64,000 bases of DNA from an uncultured Pseudomonadota bacterium (GTDB lineage: Bacteria; Vulcanimicrobiota; Vulcanimicrobiia; Eremiobacterales; Eremiobacteraceae), in NCBI GenBank assembly GCA_963736005.1, contig CAVTNB010000001.1, positions 1,888,001-1,952,000 on the forward strand, read 5' to 3'. Below, one piece after another: positions 10,024 to 19,869 of the stretch. A program made the translations under genes and the position numbers. The notes below the pieces were generated by a model. The model was given only the letters and a program-made list of their open reading frames with translations. It was not told where the DNA came from and ran no database searches. Numbering within the stretch: position 1 is the first letter of the stretch; each line of letters opens with the position of its first letter.

Positions 10024-11055
10024 ATGCCGCCCTCGCTGAGCCGTGTCGCGTCCGCTGCCGTGGCGTTGCTTGTGCTGTCAGCTGCGGCAGTTCCGAACAA
10101 CAATCCGCAGAGCCTGCGCGCGGGTTTGCAAAATGCGCGAACGCTTGCGGTCAGCCACTTCTCGCGCATTGCTTCCAATACCGGTTCCGCCGATCAAATC
10201 GTGGCGCGCTTGGATTCCGACCTGACGGCTGTCGCGTTGGTCGATCCAAAAGACACTGTCGCGTTCGATCAATTGAGTTTCCGCGTAGCGCTCGACGAAA
10301 GCCTTGTGAATCAACTGGTCGACGACTCGGCTGCGCCCGTTTCACAAACCCCAGGGACGTCCGCACTTCGTCTGGCCCGCTCGAGCGTGGACGGCACATT
10401 GCAGCCACTTGCGGTCTACTTGCCGGCTAGCTACGATGCCGAGAAATCGGCACCCCTCATCCTCATGCTTCATGGCCAGGGTCAAACGGAAACCGAACTC
10501 TTATCGGAACCCTCGCTTCGCAAATTGGCCGATGACAGCGGCGCAATCCTCGCCGTACCCTGGATGCGCGGCGATCGCACCTTCGACGCCCTGACCGGCA
10601 AGGATGCGTACGATGCATTGGCGCTTTTGGAATCAAACTACAAGGTTGATTTGCGGCGAACGTATCTCGCCGGCATATCGCTTGGAGCTTTCGATGTCTT
10701 CATGCTCGCGCCGCTCCATCCGGATCGCTGGACCGCGGTCTTGAGCATTGGCGGCACGCTCACCAATGATGACAAAGATAGCTTCGTCAAAGCCATGCGA
10801 GGCAAACCAGCGTTCCTCGTCATTGGGAGCGATGATCCCCTCGTCAAAGTCGAATACGTGCGAGGCGCCGCTGCGTATCTCACGGCCAATGGCGTCGACT
10901 GCCACTATTACGAGCAGCGCGGCGGCGTGCATTCGCTTGAAAGCTTGCAAGTTTCGCTGCAGCGCGCGTGGACTGACATGCTTGCGGGCGTGCGGTTTAG
11001 CTCACCGGAAGTCGATGTTCCATCACCCGTGCCGACAGGGTCGCAGCGCTATTAG
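10024..11055 (+). CDS. Exported alpha/beta-hydrolase (esterase/peptidase-like)
   Basis: Signal peptide, PLILMLHG, GISLG nucleophile elbow, GSDDPLV Asp and GGVH His. Confidence 0.75.
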   Translation: MPPSLSRVASAAVALLVLSAAAVPNNNPQSLRAGLQNARTLAVSHFSRIASNTGSADQIVARLDSDLTAVALVDPKDTVAFDQLSFRVALDESLVNQLVDDSAAPVSQTPGTSALRLARSSVDGTLQPLAVYLPASYDAEKSAPLILMLHGQGQTETELLSEPSLRKLADDSGAILAVPWMRGDRTFDALTGKDAYDALALLESNYKVDLRRTYLAGISLGAFDVFMLAPLHPDRWTAVLSIGGTLTNDDKDSFVKAMRGKPAFLVIGSDDPLVKVEYVRGAAAYLTANGVDCHYYEQRGGVHSLESLQVSLQRAWTDMLAGVRFSSPEVDVPSPVPTGSQRY

Positions 11056-11099
11056 CATGACGGCGCGCCCCACCTGAAGAAAGCATCGGACCGCACCAC

Positions 11100-11183
11100 G
11101 CCCTGGTGGCGGAATTGGTAGACGCGCTGGTTTCAGGTACCAGTGGCTGCAAGGCCTTAGGGGTTCGAGTCCCTTCCAGGGCA
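11100..11183 (+). tRNA. tRNA-Leu(CAG)
   Basis: Acceptor gccctgg/ccagggc, D-loop ggaattggtagac, anticodon arm ctggt-ttCAGgt-accag, long variable arm, T-loop gttcgagtc; CCA not encoded. Confidence 0.95.
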
Positions 11184-11269
11184 ACGGATGCGACATTAGT
11201 CCTTGAGGATTCACGAGCTTTTGGTCGAAGCGCGCGACCTCGCTGTTTTTGCCCACTTCTGGAGGTTCC

Positions 11270-12543
11270 ATGTCTTCGACGCTCGATCGTTCAGCTGTTC
11301 AAGCATCGCTCAACGTCTGGCAAATGGCGCAACGCCAGCTGGATAACATCGCGGAGATCATCGGGTTGGATTCTTCCATCCACGGTTACTTGCGCGAGCC
11401 AAAACGCATCTTGCAAGTGTCGGTGCCGGTCCGGATGGACTCGGGGACGCATCGCGTGTTCGCAGGCTATCGCGTGCAGCACAACATGGCGCGCGGGCCA
11501 GGCAAGGGTGGCATTCGCTACCATCCCGACGTGACGCTCGACGAAGTCAAGGCGCTCGCCATGTGGATGTCGTGGAAGTGCGCGCTCGTCAACATTCCGT
11601 TCGGCGGTGCCAAGGGCGGCGTGATCTGCGATCCTAAGAACATGTCGATGCAGGAACTTGAGAATCTCACCCGGCGCTTCACGAGCGAAATCTCGATCAT
11701 CATCGGCCCTGAAATAGACATTCCCGCTCCCGACGTCTACACGACGCCGCAAATCATGGCGTGGATCATGGACACATACTCCATGCAAAACGGCTATTCG
11801 ATTCCCGGGGTTGTGACCGGCAAGCCGATTTCCATCGGCGGGTCGCTCGGGCGCGACAAAGCGACCGCTCGCGGCTGCCTCTACGTCGTCGACGAGGCGA
11901 TGAAGGAACTGAAGCTGCCCGCAGGCGCGCGCGTAGCAATTCAAGGCTTCGGGAACGCCGGATTGCACGCCGCCGAGCTCATGGGCGCCGCGGGTATCGC
12001 ATCGTTGCTGTCTCTGACAGCCGAGGCGGCGTCGCCAGCAGTGCAGGGCTCGATGTGGCCAAGCTCATCGCGTACAAGGCTGAGACCGGCTCCGTTGTCG
12101 GGTTCTCAGGCGGCGAAAGAATCACGAACAAAGAAGTGCTCGAATACGATTGCGACGTGCTGGTTCCGGCCGCGCTCGAAAAGGTCATCACACAAGAGAA
12201 CGCGCCACGCATCAAGGCGAAAATCATCGCCGAAGCGGCCAACGGCCCAACGATGCCGGACGCAGACGACATCCTCTTCGATCGCGGCATCATGGTGCTG
12301 CCCGACATCTTGGCCAACGCCGGCGGCGTGACCGTATCGTACTTCGAGTGGGTGCAAGACCTGCAAGAGACTTTCTGGGAAGAGCAGACGATCAACGATC
12401 GCCTGCGCCGCATCATGGTGCGCGCGTTCCGAGACACGCTCGAGCAGGCCCGACGGTTGAAGGTGAGCATGCGGCGCGGTGCGTACGCGGTTGCGGTTGG
12501 TCGCGTGGCCGAAGCAACCAGTTTGCGCGGAGTGTATCCCTAG
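11270..12543 (+). CDS. gdhA: Glutamate dehydrogenase (Glu/Leu/Phe/Val DH), frameshift at ~11992
   Basis: GPGKGGIRY, PFGGAKGG and IQGFGNAG in the first frame; YRIVAVSD, EAANGP and PDILANAGGVTVSYFEWVQ in the -1 frame; one missing G joins them. Confidence 0.9.
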
Positions 12544-12549
12544 ACAATT

Positions 12550-12575
12550 GTAGGGGGCGATCGGAAAATCGCCCC
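12550..12575 (+). repeat. GTAG-type REP, class A
   Basis: gtagggggcgatcggaaaatcgcccc between convergent genes. Confidence 0.8.
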
Positions 12576-12586
12576 TAGTCTCGAAT

Positions 12587-13127
12587 TTATTCCCGCACCG
12601 CCATCGTAACCAATTCCGATTCATACACTGCCAGGTCGGTTGCGGAAAAGAGCACAAAGGTGACGAGTTTGATGCTCGTGCCGGAGCGCAAGTAGCGCGC
12701 TGACTGTTGACAACGCAATCGCAGCAGACTCTCGCAGCGGGTAGGCGTACGCGCCTGTGCCAAGCGACGGAAACGCGATCGATCGAGCTTGGGCCTCATC
12801 AGCAAGTTTGAGGCTGCTCAAGTAAGCGCTCGAGAGCAAATCGGGATCGTGAGGGTGTCCTCGCCAGCGTGGAGCTACCGCGTGAATCACGAAGTGTGCC
12901 GCTAGGTTGCCGGCGCAGGTCATGACGGCACTTCCGGTGGGGCATTGTCCGATCGACCTGCACTCCGCCAGTATCTGCGGCCCGCCCGCGCGGTGAATCG
13001 CGCCGTCGACGCCCCCACCACCGGCGAGTGAAGCGTTTGCCGCGTTGACGATCACATCGGCATGCACCGTCGTGATGTCGCCTTGCAACAACGTGATCGT
13101 GGAGTTGCCGAACAAAGCTTGTCTCAA
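12587..13127 (-). CDS. Macro-domain protein (O-acetyl-ADP-ribose deacetylase, YmdB-like), frameshift at ~12700
   Basis: GDIT, VNAAN, GGGVDGAIHRAGG, SIAFPSLGTG; the typical C-terminus IKLVTFVLFS lies in another frame ending at 12587. Confidence 0.85.
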
Positions 13128-13139
13128 TTTGTTTCGCGA

Positions 13140-13165
13140 GGGGCGACTTTCCAGTCGCCCCCTAC
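13140..13165 (-). repeat. GTAG-type REP, class A variant (its TAG is the pqqE stop)
   Basis: ggggcgact-ttcc-agtcgcccc-ctac. Confidence 0.8.
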
Positions 13166-14227
13166 AGACGACGCGGGATCAGCGCAGCCTCGGGTTCACT
13201 GGTCAACTGTTCTACCAAATGATGCTTGGGTGACTTCGAGCAGGCGGGGTCGGTGAGGCCGGCGTCGCCCGCCAGCAAGAACGCCTGGCAGCGACAACCG
13301 CCGAAATCGATCTCACGCCGTTCGCACGAGCGGCATGGCTCTGGCATCCATTCGATACCGCGGTAAGCGCGAAAAGCCTCGGACTCGTTCCAAATTTTGG
13401 AAAGCGGGTGATCGCGTACGTTTTCAAAGTGCAGTGTCGTTATCGATGCGGCAGCTGGACAGGGCAACACGCGACCATCGGGGACGATCGTCAAGAACTG
13501 TCTTCCCCAGCCATTCATACACGGTTTCGGGAATTCTTCGTAGTAATCCGCAAGGACATACGTGATCTCCATGCGGCCGCGCAAGCGCTCGCGCGCTGCC
13601 CGTACGATCGCACCGGCGCGCTCGACTTGGGCACGCGTCGGGATGAGCGCGCGACGGTTGCGAAAGCCCCAGCCGTAAAATTGTGTGTTGGCGAGCTCGA
13701 GCCGCTTGACGCCGATTTCTTCCGCGAGGGAGATGACGTCATCAATCTCATCGATATTGCGCGAATGCAGCACGCAGTTGATCGTTACCGCAACGTTGCG
13801 CGCAAGCGCCCGCTTCAGCGCTTCGAGCTTGCGCTCGTGCACCTGCGTGCCGGCGATGGAATCAGCCAATTCGGCGTGCGCCGCTTGCAGGCTGATCTGC
13901 ACGTGATCGAGGCCGGCGGCGAGCATGCGGTCGAGCAGGTTTTCGCTGAGGAACGTTCCTTGCGTGATCAGGTTGGAATACACGCTCCGTTCTCGCGCAC
14001 GCCGCAGAATCGCGCAGCAGTCGTCTGGACGCAAGAGTGGGTTCACCGCCCGAAAGATGAAGCTGCACGACGCCGAGCGCTGCGGCCTCGTCAATCACGC
14101 GGCACCACACGTCAGCATCGAGCTCTTCGCGGTACGCAGCAAGATCGAGCGGATTGTAACAGTACGGACACTGCAGGTTGCAACGGTACGTCAGCTCCGC
14201 GAGCAGCGACAATGGACGATACGGCAT
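13162..14227 (-). CDS. pqqE: PqqE radical-SAM/SPASM enzyme, frameshift at ~14040
   Basis: [19 protein letters not shown] and SGGEP, then in another frame [24 protein letters not shown]...DFGGCRCQA; one extra base in a G/C run. Confidence 0.92.
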
Positions 14228-14502
14228 TAGTGCGTTTGGGCCGCGGGAAGGACGAGCCAAGTTTTTGATGCCAACCGCTGGAGCAAGTCTTCGATGTCGC
14301 TTGCGATAGCTGCGACATCCATGCTATACCGAGTGGCGAGGAGCGCAGCGATCTCCATCGTGGTACGTTGGCCGTCAACGAGCTCGATGATTGCGGCGGC
14401 CGAGTCGTTGAGATTCACGACGCCTTCGGGAATGAGGAGTAAGCCTTGCCCGTCGGCTGACCGGCGGAACCGTACCCCCTGGGCAAGCGCCGGCGCGTTC
14501 AC
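14227..14502 (-). CDS. pqqD: PqqD peptide chaperone
   Basis: [26 protein letters not shown]; 91 aa between pqqC and pqqE. Confidence 0.92.
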   Translation of the reverse strand: MNAPALAQGVRFRRSADGQGLLLIPEGVVNLNDSAAAIIELVDGQRTTMEIAALLATRYSMDVAAIASDIEDLLQRLASKTWLVLPAAQTH

Positions 14503-15230
14503 GCCCGCGGCTCCGCTCGCCCAGCGCCATAGGCTAAGATGGTGGCGTCGAGAATCGCCCAAAGCACGTCGCATTTGAACTCGAGGGCGCGTACGCACGC
14601 GTCTTGCAAGTCTTCGGTGGTTGCGCCTTCAACGACCCAATCCAAAGCGTCGCGTGCGTCGCGCGGCGCGAGCGTCATCCGGTTGCGAAAATACGCAAGA
14701 CCCCGCTCGTCGATCCACGGATACTTTTCGCTGAGCACCACGATGCGCCGGGCCATCAGGTCTGGCGCGAAGAGCTCGGTGAGCGAAGACGCAACCGCCA
14801 TGAGCCATGGCTGCGTGCGAGCAAACGTCACGTACGCATCGACGGCAAATCGAGTCCCAGGCTGCACGTGCCGCTCGTCTGTTACTTCGTCGTCGCGAAA
14901 GCCGACGCCGCGAGCAAGAGCCAGCCACGAGTCGATGCCGCCGCCCCCGCGTTCGAGCGTCCCGTCATGGTCGGTAATGCGTGAAATCCATATCCGGCGT
15001 TTGTCGCGATCGGGAAGATTGGAGAGAATTGCGGCGTCTTTTACCGGGATGCTCTTTTGATAGTAGTAACGATTGGCCACCCAGCCGCGAATCTGATCGG
15101 GCGTCAGGATGCCCTCGTGCAGCGCGAGATGAAAAGGGTGCTTATCGTGATAGCGTGCGGTTCCGACGGCCCGCAAACGCTCAACGAACTTCGTCTGCGC
15201 GTGAGTATACGTCGGTTGCGTGGTCGCCAT
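14499..15230 (-). CDS. pqqC: PqqC pyrroloquinoline-quinone synthase
   Basis: RYHDKHPFH, WVANRYYYQ, SRITDHDG, ASSLTELFAP, FKCDVLW. Confidence 0.95.
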   Translation of the reverse strand: MATTQPTYTHAQTKFVERLRAVGTARYHDKHPFHLALHEGILTPDQIRGWVANRYYYQKSIPVKDAAILSNLPDRDKRRIWISRITDHDGTLERGGGGIDSWLALARGVGFRDDEVTDERHVQPGTRFAVDAYVTFARTQPWLMAVASSLTELFAPDLMARRIVVLSEKYPWIDERGLAYFRNRMTLAPRDARDALDWVVEGATTEDLQDACVRALEFKCDVLWAILDATILAYGAGRAEPRA

Positions 15231-16119
15231 CCAGCACGATCTCCAAGCCGTCATCAGGGACGGCGAATCCGGCCGCTGCAAGCTCGCTTGCCTGCGCCGA
15301 TGCCGGATCGAGAATCGGATTGGAATTGTTGACATGGGTGTAATACCGATACCGTGCACGAATTCGACGCATGTCGTCAAGCGAGCCACCAGGCCCAATC
15401 ATCGGCGCGTGGCCCATATCGCGAGCGGTGCGAGTGCCCAATCCGCATTGGATCATTTCGTCGTCCGTCCAGCAGGTTCCGTCCAAGAACACCGCGTCCG
15501 CACTCGCTGCCTCGCGCTTGAGCTTGTCGTCGACGGCCAGGAAGATCGGCGCGTATACAGCGCTTGCTCCCATGTGCTCGAATCGGTAAGCAACGGTAGC
15601 GGATGCGTGCTGCGCGTCACCCGCATAGGAAGGCAAACGACCGGGCACGGGGATGGCGGAAATTGTCAGACCGTCAATCTCCGGGAGGTCGCAACGCGCT
15701 GCCTCGGGCTTTGCATCGAAAGTGCGCCACGAATGCGGCGAATTCGCGAATCGGGCAAACATCGGCGCGGCGGTCAAGGTGTCTTTGACAAGTGTGGTCG
15801 ACCAGATTGAAAATGCTGGAGCTTGGCGAAATTCGAGCAATCCTGCGGTGTGATCGATATTCGCATCGGTGAGCAACAGCGCCGCAATCGGGCTGCTTCG
15901 TTTCCGAGTGGGCCATAACGATGGTGTCGCGGCCAGTTGAGCCGAGATGTCGCAACCGGCATTCACGAGAATCCAGCGCTGGCCGTCACCGGTCACCGCA
16001 AGCGAGGCGACTCGCCTGCTCGGCAGCCTCCCAGAGCGCACAGCCGTGCAGTTAGGGCAGTCGCAGTTCCACTGAGGGATCCCACCGCCGGCCGCAGTTC
16101 CTAAGACCTTAATTCGCAC
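15181..16119 (-). CDS. pqqB: PqqB
   Basis: VLGTAAGGGIPQWNCDCPNC, DHTAGL, DGTCWTDDEM, MGH, HVNNSNP. Confidence 0.93.
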   Translation of the reverse strand: MRIKVLGTAAGGGIPQWNCDCPNCTAVRSGRLPSRRVASLAVTGDGQRWILVNAGCDISAQLAATPSLWPTRKRSSPIAALLLTDANIDHTAGLLEFRQAPAFSIWSTTLVKDTLTAAPMFARFANSPHSWRTFDAKPEAARCDLPEIDGLTISAIPVPGRLPSYAGDAQHASATVAYRFEHMGASAVYAPIFLAVDDKLKREAASADAVFLDGTCWTDDEMIQCGLGTRTARDMGHAPMIGPGGSLDDMRRIRARYRYYTHVNNSNPILDPASAQASELAAAGFAVPDDGLEIVLDGDHATDVYSRADEVR

Positions 16120-16136
16120 GTCGCGCCCCACCAAAT

Positions 16137-16167
16137 GCATGAGCCACAGCGTTGCTGTGGCTCATGC
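16137..16167. terminator. Perfect 14-bp hairpin between pqqA and pqqB (attenuator/stabiliser)
   Basis: gcatgagccacagc-gtt-gctgtggctcatgc. Confidence 0.7.
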
Positions 16168-16188
16168 GCTTTTGACCGACGCGCCCGT

Positions 16189-16284
16189 TTAAACGGGGGT
16201 CGGGTCAGTGTCGCTTCCGAGGTACGCCGTTACCTCGGCGCCTAAGGAGATCACGGTAAAATTTGGCTTCTCCCACGTCGTCAT
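16189..16284 (-). CDS. pqqA: PqqA precursor peptide (31 aa, not in ORF track)
   Basis: MTTWEKPNFTVISLGAEVTAYLGSDTDPTPV; WxKP and ExxxY motifs; GAGGAG RBS; directly upstream of pqqB. Confidence 0.93.
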   Translation of the reverse strand: MTTWEKPNFTVISLGAEVTAYLGSDTDPTPV

Positions 16285-16473
16285 CGCTGTCACTCCTCAA
16301 GCGGATCTAGCATCAATCCTACAGCCCGCTTTCTTTGAGGCAACCAGTGCCTCCTTCGGAAGGAGAAAGGAATCTAGCTCACTGAAAATCCGCTCCCCCC
16401 ACTGGAGCTCAGCGGCAATTTTCCGACGAGCGAACGTATGCACGCTTTCGTGCACGACTGAGGAGAACCGCAT

Positions 16474-17382
16474 ATGGTAACTTCGGAGAAGATCGGCGTC
16501 GTCGGCGTCGGACGCATGGGCGCGAACATCGCGCGCCGCCTCAAGGATGTCGGGTATGCGGTCACGGCGGTGTACGATGTCCAACCCGAGGCGGCGCAAG
16601 CGCTTGCCAAGGAAATCGGCGCCGAAGCCGCTCCAACCCTGTCACGCGTCAACGAACTGGCAGATGTTGTCATCACCGTTGTCACTGACGACAAAGCGAT
16701 GCACGCAATTTATGGAACCTCAGGTGACAGTTTGCTCGCTGGAAGCAAGGGTCATCTCTTCATTAACTGCGCGACGATTTCACCCAGCGTGCATGTTGAG
16801 GTCGAGAAATTAGCGCAAGAGCGAGGCGCCCGCAGCCTTGAGGGATGCATGGCGAGTTCGATACCGCAAGCCCGTGAGGGGACGCTGTACCTCATGATCG
16901 GCGGGAGCAAGGAAGCCTTCGAGCGGGCCAAACCCATCTTGGAAACAATGAGCTCGTCCCTCAAATACGTCGGCAAGGCGGGTGAAGCCGCCAAGGTCAA
17001 AGCGCTCGTGAACATGGTCATGAACATTAACACTGCTGGCCTGGCCGAAGGACTCGGTCTCGGCGAGGCATTGGGGTTGGATCTGACCTTGTTGCGCGAA
17101 GTCTTTTCGCAAACAGGAGCAGCATCGCGCGTGCTGGTTACCGACGGCGAGGACATGCAAAACCGTGCGCACGATTGTTACTTCTCCGCGGCCCACGCGG
17201 CGAAAGACTCGGGGATCGCCGTCGCGCTTGCGAAGGAAGCAGGCCTGGAACTCCCCCTAGCAGAGGCGACAAAAGCTCAATTCGACAAAATGGTGGCGCA
17301 AGGACTTGGCGAACTGGACAAGTCCGGCGTCGCAGAACTGACCTTCGCATCCAGACATGCTAGGCAGCACGCGCCAGCATAA
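16474..17382 (+). CDS. NAD(P)-dependent oxidoreductase, 3-hydroxyisobutyrate dehydrogenase family
   Basis: GVVGVGRMG Rossmann motif, CATISP, KVKALVNM, HAAKDSGIA. Confidence 0.85.
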   Translation: MVTSEKIGVVGVGRMGANIARRLKDVGYAVTAVYDVQPEAAQALAKEIGAEAAPTLSRVNELADVVITVVTDDKAMHAIYGTSGDSLLAGSKGHLFINCATISPSVHVEVEKLAQERGARSLEGCMASSIPQAREGTLYLMIGGSKEAFERAKPILETMSSSLKYVGKAGEAAKVKALVNMVMNINTAGLAEGLGLGEALGLDLTLLREVFSQTGAASRVLVTDGEDMQNRAHDCYFSAAHAAKDSGIAVALAKEAGLELPLAEATKAQFDKMVAQGLGELDKSGVAELTFASRHARQHAPA

Positions 17383-17441
17383 GCGACAACTCATCGTTTT
17401 CTCGATCCTTATTGGCCGCTCAACCCTAAAGGAGGAATGAC

Positions 17442-17888
17442 ATGGCGGTAGCGTCTCACACGAAGATCACCCCACTTATCAGCTCGGGCACCGCGGGACC
17501 CCTCGGCGTCGTCCATCTTCCCCGCCTCTGGACGAAACTGACGCTCGCCGCAGCGGGCTTGTTGCCGGAAGGCTACGACGAGTGCGGTCCTGGCTTTGAC
17601 ACGATGACGATCAACAATCTCGGCCTGAACAAGGACGAGGTCATGACGTACGTGCGCACGCGCAAACCGACGTATGTCGAATTTGAAGAGTGGGTGCAAA
17701 CCAAGGGCAAGACCGACCCTGAGACAGTCAAGAAGCACAATGCGGCCGTCTTAGGCTACCATCACGCCGACGACAAGGCCGGACACATGCGAAAAGATAT
17801 GGGCGTGCCACACCATCACATCAAGGATGCCGTGACGCTCAACATGCTCGAGGATCTCCACGAGCTGCACCAAGCGATGACAAAATAG
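17442..17888 (+). CDS. DUF5069-like protein
   Basis: GPLGVVHLPRLWTK and GFD...LGL pattern recalled from the DUF5069 family; AGGAGG RBS. Confidence 0.65.
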   Translation: MAVASHTKITPLISSGTAGPLGVVHLPRLWTKLTLAAAGLLPEGYDECGPGFDTMTINNLGLNKDEVMTYVRTRKPTYVEFEEWVQTKGKTDPETVKKHNAAVLGYHHADDKAGHMRKDMGVPHHHIKDAVTLNMLEDLHELHQAMTK

Positions 17889-17939
17889 CGGGGCCTGTCA
17901 TCGAAACGGACCTCTCTAAAGTCCACTTGGGATCCATTT

Positions 17940-17966
17940 GGGGGTGACTTTCGCAGTTGCCCCTAC
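17940..17966 (-). repeat. Degenerate GTAG-type REP (its TAG is the stop of the hydrolase)
   Basis: gggggtgact-ttcgc-agttgcccc-tac. Confidence 0.6.
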
Positions 17967-18760
17967 GTGTTTTCTCGATTGAGAAAATCTTTCGTAGCAG
18001 CGATGTACCGACCGAAAGCCGTGCGGTGCAGGTTATGACCTTCGCCCTCAAAGATTTGCAGCTCGACGCGCGGGCCGCCCTGCGAGCGGACAAAACCTAG
18101 ATCTTCTTGTGACATGACCGATTCGTTCGGCCCCGCAGCCAAGATCAGAAGCGGTTTGGGGTAAGCGGCGACCTCGCCGCGCAAATCCCAGCCACCCTCG
18201 TCCACGCGGTTCTCACTTCCCAGATGCTCGACCGCGTCTGCCCGCATGTTCTGTACCGCGTGCAGCTTCCCGAGTAGATCGCTCTCGTCCCACGAGGCGA
18301 GGCGCCGGCGCAGCTCGGCTGCAAGTGCGGAGGGCGCCATCGCGAGGTCGAGTTCTGCGTCGTCGAGATATTCTTTGCGCCACGTGCCGGGCAGCACTCG
18401 AACCATCGGATCGATTGCAACAACTTTGGTTGCAAAGGGTTGTCGTCCACCGAGCAGCGCGACGGCTCCGCCCCACGAGTGCCCGATGATCGCCGCCCGC
18501 TCGCCAATTGCAAGTGCGATTGATCGTAAGTCGGCGAGGCTTCGCTCGAGCGTCATCGGACCACGAACAAAGGCAGAGTCGCCGTGGCCGCGTTGATCGT
18601 ATGCGAAGACTCGATGCGAATCGCAAAGAGCCGTTGCCGTTCGCTCCCAGGACTTGCGCGAGCTCGTGATGCCGTGAATGCAGAGAATGACCGGACCCGT
18701 TTCGCCCCAGGATTCAAGCGTCGTGCTCGTTCCGTCATCGAGCGAAATCTCTCGTTCCAC
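17963..18760 (-). CDS. Alpha/beta-fold hydrolase
   Basis: CIHGITSS, DQRGHGDS, GHSWGG, GEGHNLH. Confidence 0.88.
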   Translation of the reverse strand: MEREISLDDGTSTTLESWGETGPVILCIHGITSSRKSWERTATALCDSHRVFAYDQRGHGDSAFVRGPMTLERSLADLRSIALAIGERAAIIGHSWGGAVALLGGRQPFATKVVAIDPMVRVLPGTWRKEYLDDAELDLAMAPSALAAELRRRLASWDESDLLGKLHAVQNMRADAVEHLGSENRVDEGGWDLRGEVAAYPKPLLILAAGPNESVMSQEDLGFVRSQGGPRVELQIFEGEGHNLHRTAFGRYIAATKDFLNRENT

Positions 18761-18832
18761 GTCTCACCCCACTCGTCTTTAGCGTCCCGCTTCGAGAGAG
18801 CGATAACCCGTGCCCTGTGCGAATCAGCGGCG

Positions 18833-19789
18833 ATGCCATTTGGCGACGACGTCCTTGCGGGGCTCACTGCGCGCCCAAAGACCCTGAGCCCGAAGTATTT
18901 CTACGACGAACTCGGATCCAGGCTGTTCGAAGCGATTTCCGCGCTTCCCGAGTACTATCTGACCCGAGCGGAACTAGAAATCTTTTCGTCGCGAGCGGAT
19001 GAGATCGTTGAGCGAGCGGCAGCGCGCAGGCTCGTCGAGCTTGGCAGCGGGAGCGCGGTGAAAACCCGGTATCTCATTGAGGCCGCGCTGCGCCGAACCG
19101 AGACGCTTGCATACAGTGCCATTGATATCTCGGCTGCGGCGCTCGAATCGTCGTCGAAGGCGCTCCAATCGGAATATCCCACGTTGCGCATTCGCAGCTA
19201 TCAGGGTGATTACTTCGACGGATTGCGTCGTTTGGCACGAGCGGAGAGCGCGGCAAACGGGCGAACGCTCGCGCTCTTTTTGGGCTCCAACATCGGGAAC
19301 TTCGATCCGCCCGAAGCCGAAAGATTCTTGCGAGCAATTCGAGCCCTCCTCGCACCGGGCGACGCGCTGCTGTTAGGCACGGATCTTAAGAAAGACCCGC
19401 TGCTTCTCCAGGCCGCCTACGACGACGAGCTGGGCGTTACCGCGTCGTTTAACCTCAACATCCTGGCGCGCATTAATCGAGAACTGGGTGGACACTTCAC
19501 CCTAAGGCAGTTCCGCCATCGCGCATTTTACAATGACCAGGCCAGCAGAGTGGAGATGCATCTAGAAAGTCTTGTCGACCAAATGGTCAAGATCGATTCG
19601 CTCGACGTCAATATCGCTTTTCGCGCGGGGGAGACGATACACACGGAGTCGTCCTATAAGTTCTCGATGAACGACGTCGAGCGGCTCGCCCGCGCAGCCG
19701 GCTTTGACCTCGAGCGTTCGTGGTCTGACTCTGAGAATAGGTTTGCCTGTCATTTGTTGCGTTGCCCAGGATCGGGGGCGCGCGAATAA
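18833..19789 (+). CDS. egtD: L-histidine N-alpha-methyltransferase EgtD
   Basis: PKYFYDELGSRLFEAI, PEYYLTRAE, VELGSGS, GSNIGNF, AYDDELGVTA, IHTESSYKF. Confidence 0.9.
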   Translation: MPFGDDVLAGLTARPKTLSPKYFYDELGSRLFEAISALPEYYLTRAELEIFSSRADEIVERAAARRLVELGSGSAVKTRYLIEAALRRTETLAYSAIDISAAALESSSKALQSEYPTLRIRSYQGDYFDGLRRLARAESAANGRTLALFLGSNIGNFDPPEAERFLRAIRALLAPGDALLLGTDLKKDPLLLQAAYDDELGVTASFNLNILARINRELGGHFTLRQFRHRAFYNDQASRVEMHLESLVDQMVKIDSLDVNIAFRAGETIHTESSYKFSMNDVERLARAAGFDLERSWSDSENRFACHLLRCPGSGARE

Positions 19790-19866
19790 ATTCGCGCGAC
19801 TACATGGAACATACAGCTCGGGCGCACGAATAAATTCGTGAGGGGCGATTTTCCAATCGCCCCTAC
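19779..19866 (-). repeat. Composite REP locus (class B + class B hairpin + class A)
   Basis: cgcgcgaataaattcgcgcgactac; cacgaataaattcgtg; ggggcgattttccaatcgcccctac. Confidence 0.85.
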
Positions 19867-19869
19867 ACG

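Noticed and set aside
11100..11270. tRNA-Leu as an integration site of a genomic island
   Set aside because: No integrase, no duplicated tRNA 3' end seen, and the flanking genes are ordinary metabolic genes
11990..12000. Programmed -1 frameshift in gdh
   Set aside because: No X-XXY-YYZ slippery site; neighbouring genes show similar indels, pointing to sequence error
16431..16444. Second LexA-like site CGAAC-GTAT-GCACG
   Set aside because: Two mismatches in one half-site and no SOS-type gene downstream
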